The translations under genes were made by a program, and so were the position numbers. Below the pieces are notes generated by a model, which was not told where the DNA came from, made no database searches, and worked only from the letters and a program-made list of their open reading frames with translations. Below are positions 1 through 7,582 of a stretch of DNA of 27,394 bases, one piece after another. Source of the DNA: an uncultured Candidatus Saccharibacteria bacterium (GTDB lineage: Bacteria; Patescibacteriota; Minisyncoccia; Phycocordibacterales; DATGWK01); assembly GCA_964367845.1 (NCBI GenBank), contig CAYIYW010000006.1:1-27394 (forward strand), given 5' to 3'. Numbering within the stretch: the first letter of the stretch is position 1; every line of letters begins with the position of its first letter.

Positions 1-21
1 AGCACAAGAAAAACAAGCGAC

Positions 22-27
22 TATACT
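22..27 (+). promoter_or_regulatory. Candidate sigma70 -10 element (TATACT) for the ATP-cone nuclease gene
   Basis: TATACT at 22-27, about 30 nt upstream of ATG 57. No convincing -35 within the window. Confidence 0.35.
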
Positions 28-56
28 TAAGATGAGTAATCGGGCAGAATATAACG

Positions 57-878
57 ATGATAAAAATTCTGAAGGCAAACGGCCAGTCCGAAGCATTTGA
101 CCCGGACAAACTTGAGAAGTCGCTCTCGCGTTCAAAGGCCACGCCGGACGTAATTGCCAAAATAATTGCTCATGTCCAGAAAGAAATTACCGACGGGACG
201 ACTACGGCACAAATTTATAAACACGCCTTTTTCCTCCTGCATAAGACCCAAATGTCGGCGGCTCGCCGCTATGCCCTGCGTCGGGCCGTTATGAATCTCG
301 GGCCGTCTGGTTTTCCATTTGAGAAATATGTTGCGGAAATTCTAAAAAGTCAGGGTTACACGACGGAAACAGACCAAGTAGTTCAAGGCGGCTGTGTTAA
401 ACACGAAATTGATGTCGTTGCATGGAATGACAGTAAACTCATCATGGTTGAAGCCAAATTCCACAATGACCAGGGTCTAAAAACCGATTTAAAAGTCGCT
501 TTATATGTTAAAGCCCGTTTTGACGATTTGTCGGACGCAACTTATTTTTACGGAAACAAGCGCAGAACCGTCAGCGAGTCGTGGCTGGTTACCAATACCA
601 AGTTCACGACCACCGCCATTGAATACGGGTTGTGCAAAGGACTGGTGATGATTGGTTGGAATTATCCCGGAAAAACCAATCTTCAATCATTGATTGAGGA
701 CGGCGACCTGATGCCCCTGACCAGTTTAACGGAAATCAATCAAGCCGAACTCAAATTGCTTTTTGAGCAAGGTGTGGTTTTGTGTAAACAAGCCCGCGGC
801 AATGTTTCACTGCTCATTGACGCCGGACTCCACAGAGAGCGCGCCCAAAAAATCGTTGACGAAATCGCCATGCTCTAA
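57..878 (+). CDS. ATP-cone domain fused to an Mrr-like PD-(D/E)XK restriction endonuclease domain
   Basis: N-terminus IKILKANGQSEAFDPDKLEKSL matches the ATP-cone pattern (KxxGxxExFDxxK). FEKYVAEIL...HEIDVVA...MVEAKFH is the E...D...ExK Mrr-type nuclease core. Confidence 0.8.
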   Translation: MIKILKANGQSEAFDPDKLEKSLSRSKATPDVIAKIIAHVQKEITDGTTTAQIYKHAFFLLHKTQMSAARRYALRRAVMNLGPSGFPFEKYVAEILKSQGYTTETDQVVQGGCVKHEIDVVAWNDSKLIMVEAKFHNDQGLKTDLKVALYVKARFDDLSDATYFYGNKRRTVSESWLVTNTKFTTTAIEYGLCKGLVMIGWNYPGKTNLQSLIEDGDLMPLTSLTEINQAELKLLFEQGVVLCKQARGNVSLLIDAGLHRERAQKIVDEIAML

Positions 879-907
879 TAGCCGGGCGAACCGGAATTCC
901 AAATCAA

Positions 908-1756
908 ATGCCTTTCCCGACAAAAAAAAGAAAATGGTATCTTTTTGACCCGACTGCAAAAGAGCCGTTCAAAATAAGCCGAACAAAAATTGAACTCTTT
1001 ACTCAATGCAAGCGATGCTTTTATCTTGACACTCGGCTGGGGGTCCCGCGTCCCAAAGGCCCGCCTTTTGCTCTAAACAGCGCCGTTGACACTCTGCTCA
1101 AAAAAGAATTTGACATTCATCGGGCCAATAAAACCGCTCATCCGCTCATGAAGGTTTACGGCATTGACGCCGTGCCGTTTGCTCATGAAAAAATTGAAGA
1201 GTGGCGTGATGCTCTCAGGCGCGGGGTCTCAACTCTGCATAAACCGACGAATCTTTTTGTCCGCGGCGGCATTGATGATGTTTGGGCGAGTCCGAAAGGC
1301 GAGTTATTCATAGTTGATTATAAGGCCACCAGCAAAGACGGTCAGATTACGCTTGATGACGAGTGGAAAATTCAATACAAACGCCAAATGGAAATATACC
1401 AATGGCTTTTTCGGCAAAATGGATTCAAGGTTTCGGCTACCGGTTATTTTGTCTATGTGAACGGGAAAACCGACCGAAAATCCTTTGACGGCAAATTGGA
1501 GTTTGATGTGGCGGTTATTCCGTATAAGGGCTCCGACAAATGGATTGATAAAACCCTGAAATCCATCAAGGAATGTCTGATGCAAAATAAAATACCGTCC
1601 GCCGGCGACGATTGTGAATTTTGTTCGTATATAGAACTCGTGGAAACGGAAGTTGCGCCAGGAACATCTGCCAAATCAAAAACTGTAAACAAAGGTGCAG
1701 ACAAGAGCGCGGGCGCCCGGAAAAAAACCGGTGACGCAAATCAAAATTTGTTCTAG
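908..1756 (+). CDS. PD-(D/E)XK nuclease (RecB/Cas4-like) with four Cys and a disordered basic C-terminal tail
   Basis: GGIDD...FIVDYKAT...QMEIY nuclease motifs; CKRC (codon at 1007) and CEFC (codon at 1613); Lys/Ala/Gly-rich tail ending NQNLF. Confidence 0.8.
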   Translation: MPFPTKKRKWYLFDPTAKEPFKISRTKIELFTQCKRCFYLDTRLGVPRPKGPPFALNSAVDTLLKKEFDIHRANKTAHPLMKVYGIDAVPFAHEKIEEWRDALRRGVSTLHKPTNLFVRGGIDDVWASPKGELFIVDYKATSKDGQITLDDEWKIQYKRQMEIYQWLFRQNGFKVSATGYFVYVNGKTDRKSFDGKLEFDVAVIPYKGSDKWIDKTLKSIKECLMQNKIPSAGDDCEFCSYIELVETEVAPGTSAKSKTVNKGADKSAGARKKTGDANQNLF

Positions 1757-1769
1757 CAAATAATCAATT

Positions 1770-2399
1770 ATGACCCCGGAGAATTCGACACCAGTTGATG
1801 ATATGGCCACCCGCCGCGAGCTCATGAAAAAAATCAAGGACGAGGTCGTGAATCTTGAAGGGTCGCCACTCTATAAAGAAAGAATCGCGAACGGCGCGCA
1901 TCCCGTGATCGGCGAGGGCGACCATTTCGCCAAAATCATGTTTGTCGGCGAGGCCCCCGGCAAAAACGAGTCCGAAACCGGTCGGCCATTTTGTGGCGCC
2001 TCCGGAAGAATTCTGGATGAATTGTTGGCGTCCCTCGGCGTTGCTCGCAAATCGGTCTATGTAACAAATGTCGTAAAAGACCGACCGACACAAAACCGCG
2101 ACCCGTTACCGGATGAAATCGCTCTTTATGCGCCATTCTTGGTTAGGCAAATCGGCATAATCCAACCGAAAGTAATCGCCACCTTGGGCCGGTTCTCAAT
2201 GGATTATATTATGAAAAAGTTTGGCCTGGAATTTGAGCTCGGGCCAATTTCAAAAATTCACGGAAAAGTATTTAAGGCAGACGCGCCATTCGGCCGAATA
2301 AAAATCGTGCCGTTGTATCATCCGGCAGTCGCTCTTTACAACGGCGGAACCAAAAATGTTCTTCTGGAGGATTTTAAGGTTCTGACAACTCTTGTATAA
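1770..2399 (+). CDS. udg: Uracil-DNA glycosylase, family 4 type, lacking the Fe-S cysteines
   Basis: IMFVGEAPG, GRPFCGASG, YVTNVVKDRPxxNRDP and YHPA are family-4 UDG motifs. The start could alternatively be a downstream ATG. Confidence 0.88.
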   Translation: MTPENSTPVDDMATRRELMKKIKDEVVNLEGSPLYKERIANGAHPVIGEGDHFAKIMFVGEAPGKNESETGRPFCGASGRILDELLASLGVARKSVYVTNVVKDRPTQNRDPLPDEIALYAPFLVRQIGIIQPKVIATLGRFSMDYIMKKFGLEFELGPISKIHGKVFKADAPFGRIKIVPLYHPAVALYNGGTKNVLLEDFKVLTTLV

Positions 2400-2400
2400 T
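2395..2400 (+). promoter_or_regulatory. -10 element TATAAT 6 nt before the alaS ATG (putative leaderless promoter)
   Basis: Perfect TATAAT overlapping the UDG stop codon, followed by GAGCCG-ATG(2407). No SD. Confidence 0.55.
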
Positions 2401-2406
2401 GAGCCG

Positions 2407-4227
2407 ATGACATCGTCTGAAATTAGAAAGCGGTTTCTGATCTTTTTTGAGAAACGGGGACATGCAATTATCCCCTCGGCTTCATTGGTGCCGGAGAACG
2501 ACCCGACCGTGCTCTTCAACACCGCCGGTATGCAACCACTTGTGCCATTTTTAATGGGCAACAAACATTCGCAGGGCGATAAATTAGTAAATATTCAAAA
2601 ATGTGTTCGCACCACAGATATTGACGATGTCGGCGACAGAACTCACGCCACCTTTTTTGAAATGCTCGGAAACTGGTCGCTTGGTTCCTATTTCAAGGAA
2701 GAGGCGATTCGCTGGAGTTTTGAATTTTTGACGTCAAAATCAGACGGTCTCGGACTTGACCCGACTCGGCTTTATATAACCGTATTCGGAGGCAACGAAA
2801 AAGTGCCAAAGGACGAGGAAACCACTGAAATTTGGAAGAGCGTCGGCGTGCCTCAAGACAAGATTTTCTACAAAGGGGTTGACTCAAATTGGTGGCCGGC
2901 GGTTAAAGGAAAGGATGTCTGGACTGGTCCAACCGGTCCCTGCACCGAAATGTTTTATGATGTCTCGGGAACAGTCGGCGACATTAAGGGCATTGAGGAA
3001 TTTGATAAAGCCGATGAGGAGCAGAGAATTATTGAGGTTTGGAACGATGTTTTTATGGAATACGAAAAGAAGGAAGGGGCGATAGTCGGGAAGTTGGAAC
3101 AGAGAAACGTTGACACCGGCGCCGGGCTTGAACGGCTGGCCATGGTTATGCAAAATGTTGACAGTATATTTGAGACCGATTTATTTCTGCCGATTATTCA
3201 GAAGATTTATGAGCTATCGGGATTAGAAAATTCAAAGGATAATCCAAATGAGGACCCTGCCGTCAGAATTCTTGCTGACCACGTCAGAACAAGCGTCTTC
3301 CTCATCGCAGACGGCGTTATTCCATCAAACACCGACCGAGGATATGTGTTAAGGCGACTTGTCCGGCGGGCAGTGCGATTTGCCGACAAACTCGGCTTGG
3401 CTTTGGGCGATATTGCAAAATTGTCTGCGGTCGTTCCCCAAATTTACAACCATGCGCATGACAACATCTGGAATGATTTTGACCGTATCCAAAACATTCT
3501 CGCCGGAGAAGAGCAGAAATTCAGAAAGACGCTGTCTGCCGGAATCAAGGAAATCCCCCAAAAAGCCGTGGATAATGCCATTACCGGCGAAATTGCTTTT
3601 AATTTATCGTCAGTGTTCGGTATCCCGCCCGATGTTACCGCAGATGAAGCCAAGTCGTTAGGCATCAAAGTAAAAGGGAATTATGAACAGGATTTTCTGG
3701 ACGCTCAAAAAAGACATCAAGAACTGTCAAGAATCGGTTCAGGCCAAAAGTTCAAAGGCGGACTGGCCGATACCAGTGAAAAATCGCTCAAGTATCACAC
3801 GGCGACACATCTTTTGAACTCGGCGTTAAAAGCGGTGCTTGGCCCGCAAGTGAATCAAAAAGGAAGTAACATCACGCCGGAACGCTTGAGGTTTGATTTT
3901 ACCCACGACAAAAAACTTACCACCGAGCAAATTAAACATGTTGAAAAACTGGTCAATGGAAAGATAAAGGAAAATCTGACAGTTTTCTGCGAGGAAATGC
4001 CTCTTGAAAAAGCGAAGAGTATCGGCGCGATAGGAGTTTTTGACGGAAAATATGCCGACGCGGTGAAGGTCTACTCAATCGCCGACATAAAAACCGGCGC
4101 TGTTTTTAGTCGCGAGATTTGCGGCGGGCCTCATGTTGAGAAAACCGGCGTACTCGGCGATTTCAGGATTGTCAAAGAGGAGGCCGTCTCAGCCGGAGTG
4201 AGGAGAATAAAAGCTGTGCTCAATTAG
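2407..4227 (+). CDS. alaS: Alanine--tRNA ligase, short form without the C-Ala domain
   Basis: LFNTAGMQP, HATFFEMLGNWS, VDTGAGLER, PSNTDRGYVLRR; editing motifs HTATHLL and CGGPH; ends at VRRIKAVLN. ATG 2407 is preferred over TTG 2392 of the ORF track. Confidence 0.97.
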   Translation: MTSSEIRKRFLIFFEKRGHAIIPSASLVPENDPTVLFNTAGMQPLVPFLMGNKHSQGDKLVNIQKCVRTTDIDDVGDRTHATFFEMLGNWSLGSYFKEEAIRWSFEFLTSKSDGLGLDPTRLYITVFGGNEKVPKDEETTEIWKSVGVPQDKIFYKGVDSNWWPAVKGKDVWTGPTGPCTEMFYDVSGTVGDIKGIEEFDKADEEQRIIEVWNDVFMEYEKKEGAIVGKLEQRNVDTGAGLERLAMVMQNVDSIFETDLFLPIIQKIYELSGLENSKDNPNEDPAVRILADHVRTSVFLIADGVIPSNTDRGYVLRRLVRRAVRFADKLGLALGDIAKLSAVVPQIYNHAHDNIWNDFDRIQNILAGEEQKFRKTLSAGIKEIPQKAVDNAITGEIAFNLSSVFGIPPDVTADEAKSLGIKVKGNYEQDFLDAQKRHQELSRIGSGQKFKGGLADTSEKSLKYHTATHLLNSALKAVLGPQVNQKGSNITPERLRFDFTHDKKLTTEQIKHVEKLVNGKIKENLTVFCEEMPLEKAKSIGAIGVFDGKYADAVKVYSIADIKTGAVFSREICGGPHVEKTGVLGDFRIVKEEAVSAGVRRIKAVLN

Positions 4228-4248
4228 AGCAGTGCACTCTGCTATAAT
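4223..4248. repeat. Imperfect inverted repeat ATTAGAGCAG-tgcact-CTGCTATAAT overlapping a promoter
   Basis: 9 of 10 arm positions pair (one G.A mismatch); the right arm contains the extended -10. Confidence 0.5.
4240..4248 (+). promoter_or_regulatory. Extended -10 promoter TGCTATAAT, 7 nt before ATG 4256
   Basis: Exact TGn-TATAAT consensus in the 28-nt intergenic gap. Confidence 0.7.
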
Positions 4249-4255
4249 ATCTTAA

Positions 4256-5431
4256 ATGCACATGTCGTCATTTATCGGTTCTTCAAAAGAGCATGATTTG
4301 GTCCTTAATATCGGCAGTGGCAGTGTCTACGGAGCGATTGTTGAATTTCAAAAGTCCGCACCGCCGAAAATTCTGTTCACACATGAGTCCCGATTGCCGC
4401 TCAAATCAAACGTCGCGGCGGACAATCTGATTTCGCACATGTTGGACGCTCTGCACTCGGTGGTGATTGGCCTCGGGCGCCAGCATAAAAAAAGAATCCG
4501 ACGGGCTCACGTTGTTCTTGCTTCACCATGGTTTTCTTCGTTTTCCAAAGTCCTCTCAATAAAGGAGCAGTCGCCGTTTGTCGTTACAGACAAAACGATT
4601 GAAAAACTCGCAGTTGAGCATATCAATTCGGTTTCCAAGGATGTTATCGCGAGCAGTTCGTCAATCATTGAAAAGGCCCTGTCCGACATACGACTGAACG
4701 GCTACGAAACCAAGGAGCCGTACGGTAAGTCGGCAAAGACCTTGGATGTTTCGGTCTATGCAAGCGCCGCGCCGAAAGAGACAAACAAAAAGATTGAATC
4801 AAAAATATACCAAGTAATTCATCCGGGTTCAATTTCATTTCACACCTTTCCGTTTGTGGCATGGAATGTCCTTCGGTCTTTATTCGCGCCCAAAGATGAT
4901 TTCATTTTTGTGAATATCGGCGGTGAATTAAGCGATGTTTTTATCGTTCGCAGGAATTCAATCCGCGCCTTCGCCTCATTTCCGATCGGCCGAAACCATT
5001 TGACCAGAAAGGCCGCTCTTCATTTTGAAACCCAGCCCGAGCTTGCTTCCACCATTGTTAATCTTTACACAAACGACACGGCCGAAACAGCGTTGCGGGA
5101 AAAAATCAAAACCCTTGTCAACGCTTTTGGGGAGGAATGGAACCACGGCTTTTTGCGTGCCATCAAGGAAATGGAGGCCACACAAGATTATTTCCTCCCG
5201 CAACGGGCCTTTTTTGTTTCCACTCCCAATACATCGGTGATATTTTGTGATATAATCGGCAAGCAGATTCCAAATGTTACCCCACTGTCTCGAGAAAACC
5301 TTTCTCAATTTGTCGGGTTTGACAGCGGTGAGTCGCCGAGCGTGCCGATTATTTTGGAAGCAATTTATATAAACGGTCATTTTTCGGAAATTGAGACCGT
5401 TTACAAACAAGAGCAAACTCCTGTAAAATAA
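4256..5431 (+). CDS. Divergent FtsA-like actin-fold protein (possible pseudo-ATPase)
   Basis: Phosphate-1-like LVLNIGSGSV and phosphate-2-like FVNIGGELSD motifs; a segment resembling FtsA subdomain 1C (IRLNGYETKEPYGKSAKTLDVSVY); FPIGRNHLTR resembles the FtsA/PilM motif xGGxxxT. Confidence 0.6.
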   Translation: MHMSSFIGSSKEHDLVLNIGSGSVYGAIVEFQKSAPPKILFTHESRLPLKSNVAADNLISHMLDALHSVVIGLGRQHKKRIRRAHVVLASPWFSSFSKVLSIKEQSPFVVTDKTIEKLAVEHINSVSKDVIASSSSIIEKALSDIRLNGYETKEPYGKSAKTLDVSVYASAAPKETNKKIESKIYQVIHPGSISFHTFPFVAWNVLRSLFAPKDDFIFVNIGGELSDVFIVRRNSIRAFASFPIGRNHLTRKAALHFETQPELASTIVNLYTNDTAETALREKIKTLVNAFGEEWNHGFLRAIKEMEATQDYFLPQRAFFVSTPNTSVIFCDIIGKQIPNVTPLSRENLSQFVGFDSGESPSVPIILEAIYINGHFSEIETVYKQEQTPVK

Positions 5432-5436
5432 AAACG

Positions 5437-6783
5437 ATGAAAAAAATATTTTTGCAGGATGTCGTGCCTTCGGGAAAGCGTTCCATCCGCAATATTCCTT
5501 TGCCCAACAACAAGTCCGGACCGGCGACAAAGGATGCACAGGTGAATGAAACGAGAACCGGAAAAAATTCACCGAAAAAACCGTCAAACCGCCCGAGGTC
5601 AAACAGAAATTTTGGCAATCTCGGCATTTGGGTTATCGCTCTGATTGTGATTGTCGGGCTTGGCTATGCCGGTTCTTTTTTGTTTGTCTCGGCCACGGTC
5701 ACCGTCATTCCAAAAGAAATTAATGTCGCCATGAACCTAACCGGCACGGCATTTCTTGAGCCGGCAGGGGAGGAACTGGGCTTCACAATCGCGACCCTTA
5801 GCCGAGAAAGCAGCAAGATAATTCCGGCCAGCGGTGAAGAGAAGGTTGAGCGAAAGGCCAGCGGGAAAATTATTATCTATAACAATAACGGCAAGGCCGC
5901 GCAGAAACTTGTCGCCAATACCCGTTTTGAAACGCCGAATGGTTTGATTTTCAGAATTCAGGAATCGGTTTTGGTGCCCGGACAAAAAACCGTGAACAGT
6001 GTTGTTATTCCTGGAAGCGCGACGGCAACCATTTACGCCGACCAGCCGGGCGAGAAGTATAATGTGGGTCTCTCTGATTTCACCATTCCCGGTTTTAAGA
6101 GCGATTCTCGCTTCACAAAAATCATTGCAAAATCCGACCCGAAGTTTCCCATCAAGGGCGGTTTGATTGGAACCGTTAAAAAAATAGCTCCGGCGGATGC
6201 GGCGTCAGCGAAGCTCTCAATTGAAACCCAGCTCAAGAGCGAACTCCGAGAAGATCTGGAGTCGCAAATTCCGGACTCGCATATCCTATTCAACAACGCT
6301 CTCACCTTTAACTTTGAGGAACTGCCGCAGGATAACCAAAATAACGGAATGGAATCTGTCGCAAGGACAAGCACCACTTCCTTAACGGTTGTTGTAAAGG
6401 AGAAGGGCAGTATTTACGGTATTTTATTTGACAGAAACGCCCTCTCAAAATATTTGGCCGAGCGTTCGGTGGAAATCGGGCAAAAAGATGTTTTTGTCTC
6501 AAACCTTGACCTAATAAATTTCACCCTTGAAAACAAAGGCGCGTTTAATCCGGTCACGGCCAGCGAAATAACATTCAAATTGGCCGGCGACACAAGGTTT
6601 GTTTGGAATATCCACAAAGACATCATTTCCGAAGCCCTTGCCGGCCAAAAAAGGCGCGGCGTAAAGGACATTTTGGCTAATTTTGAGTCAGTTCATAAGG
6701 CAAATGTAGCGATAAGGCCGGTTTGGGTCTTTACCTTGCCCGACAAAACCGACAGAATAAAAGTCGCTGTTGGAGACAAATAA
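5437..6783 (+). CDS. Bitopic membrane protein with a baseplate J/gp47-like extracytoplasmic region
   Basis: Basic N-terminal segment and one TM helix (GIWVIALIVIVGLGYAGSFLFV), then ASGKIIIYN...TRFETPNGLIF...VPG...ATIYADQPGEKYNV, a pattern I recognise as baseplate-J-like. Confidence 0.55.
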   Translation: MKKIFLQDVVPSGKRSIRNIPLPNNKSGPATKDAQVNETRTGKNSPKKPSNRPRSNRNFGNLGIWVIALIVIVGLGYAGSFLFVSATVTVIPKEINVAMNLTGTAFLEPAGEELGFTIATLSRESSKIIPASGEEKVERKASGKIIIYNNNGKAAQKLVANTRFETPNGLIFRIQESVLVPGQKTVNSVVIPGSATATIYADQPGEKYNVGLSDFTIPGFKSDSRFTKIIAKSDPKFPIKGGLIGTVKKIAPADAASAKLSIETQLKSELREDLESQIPDSHILFNNALTFNFEELPQDNQNNGMESVARTSTTSLTVVVKEKGSIYGILFDRNALSKYLAERSVEIGQKDVFVSNLDLINFTLENKGAFNPVTASEITFKLAGDTRFVWNIHKDIISEALAGQKRRGVKDILANFESVHKANVAIRPVWVFTLPDKTDRIKVAVGDK

Positions 6784-6806
6784 GGTCTGGCTAATTCGTT
6801 CTAATG

Positions 6807-6836
6807 TTGACGAATAAGGGCTATTTCTGTTAGTAT
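6807..6836 (+). promoter_or_regulatory. sigma70 promoter for the infA/alpha operon
   Basis: TTGACG (6807-6812), N18, TAGTAT (6831-6836) with extended TG at 6828-6829. Confidence 0.7.
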
Positions 6837-6858
6837 GGCATCCATTGCGATATTTGAG

Positions 6859-7080
6859 ATGCAAGACAATAAACAACCTGTCAAAACCGTGTGCGGGGTA
6901 GTAACCGAGTCACTCCCGAACACGCTTTTTAAAGTGAAAATTGATGGGGCGGATGACGAAATGCTGGCCTATCTGGCGGGCAAAATGAGACTCCATAGAA
7001 TTAGAGTTCTCATCGGCGACAGAGTCAACATTGAGCTGGACCCGTATGGCGGCAAGGGCAGAATTGTAAAGCGTTTGTAA
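6859..7080 (+). CDS. infA: Translation initiation factor IF-1
   Basis: [15 protein letters not shown]...[28 protein letters not shown] 6859 is preferred because ATG 6835 overlaps the -10 element. Confidence 0.95.
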   Translation: MQDNKQPVKTVCGVVTESLPNTLFKVKIDGADDEMLAYLAGKMRLHRIRVLIGDRVNIELDPYGGKGRIVKRL

Positions 7081-7081
7081 A

Positions 7082-7198
7082 ATGAGGGTCAAATCATCCG
7101 TAAAAAAAAATTGCGCGAAATGCCAAATAGTCAGACGAAAGGGCTATCTGTATGTCGTCTGCAAAGGTAACCCGCGGCATAAGCAAAGACAGGGATAA
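7082..7198 (+). CDS. rpmJ: 50S ribosomal protein L36, zinc-ribbon (C+) form; absent from the ORF track
   Basis: Manual translation: [38 protein letters not shown] (38 aa). Canonical position between infA and rpsM. Confidence 0.97.
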   Translation: MRVKSSVKKNCAKCQIVRRKGYLYVVCKGNPRHKQRQG

Positions 7199-7200
7199 TT

Positions 7201-7581
7201 ATGAGAATTTTAGGTATTACCATTCCTGATAATAAGCGACTTGAAATTGGGCTGACCACTCTTTTTGGAGTTGGCCGTCCGAGAGCGTTGTCAATTTTAT
7301 CCCAAGCCAAGGTTCCGTTCGGTCTAAAACCGCCGGAGCTTTCGGCAGACCAGGAAAACGCCATCAGAAAAATAATCGGGGAAGTCAAAATTGAAGGCGA
7401 CCTCAAACGCGAGGTTGAAGCAAACATAAAACGGCTTAAGGACATAAAGAGCTACCGAGGATTGCGGCATTCCCGTGGATTGCCGTCCCGCGGCCAGCGA
7501 ACAAAAACAAATTCAAGAACTCGACGCGGCAACGTCAGAAAGACCATGGGAAGCGGTAAAAAGACCTTAGATAAGAAATAA
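7201..7581 (+). CDS. rpsM: 30S ribosomal protein S13
   Basis: EGDLKREVEANIKRLKDIKSYRGLRHSRGLPSRGQRTKTNSRT. Confidence 0.97.
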   Translation: MRILGITIPDNKRLEIGLTTLFGVGRPRALSILSQAKVPFGLKPPELSADQENAIRKIIGEVKIEGDLKREVEANIKRLKDIKSYRGLRHSRGLPSRGQRTKTNSRTRRGNVRKTMGSGKKTLDKK

Positions 7582-7582
7582 A

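Noticed and set aside
885-898. Small CCGG-GCGAA-CCGG hairpin after the first gene
   Set aside because: Only 4 bp and no U-tract; too weak to call a terminator.
908-1756. Interpretation as a CRISPR-associated Cas4
   Set aside because: No repeat-spacer array or other cas genes in the window, and the Cys pattern is 2+2 rather than 1+3.
4976-5602. 208-aa minus-strand ORF across the FtsA-like and baseplate-J-like genes
   Set aside because: Fully overlaps two better-supported + strand genes; no recognisable domain.
5437-6783. Interpretation as a prophage, tailocin or T6SS remnant
   Set aside because: No other structural, integrase or secretion genes; the protein has a TM anchor and sits among housekeeping genes.
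6818-6828. 11-mer GGGCTATTTCT shared with 14585-14595 in two promoter regions
   Set aside because: Different spacing to the -10, and in the second case it is part of a hairpin; one 11-mer match is not clearly beyond chance.
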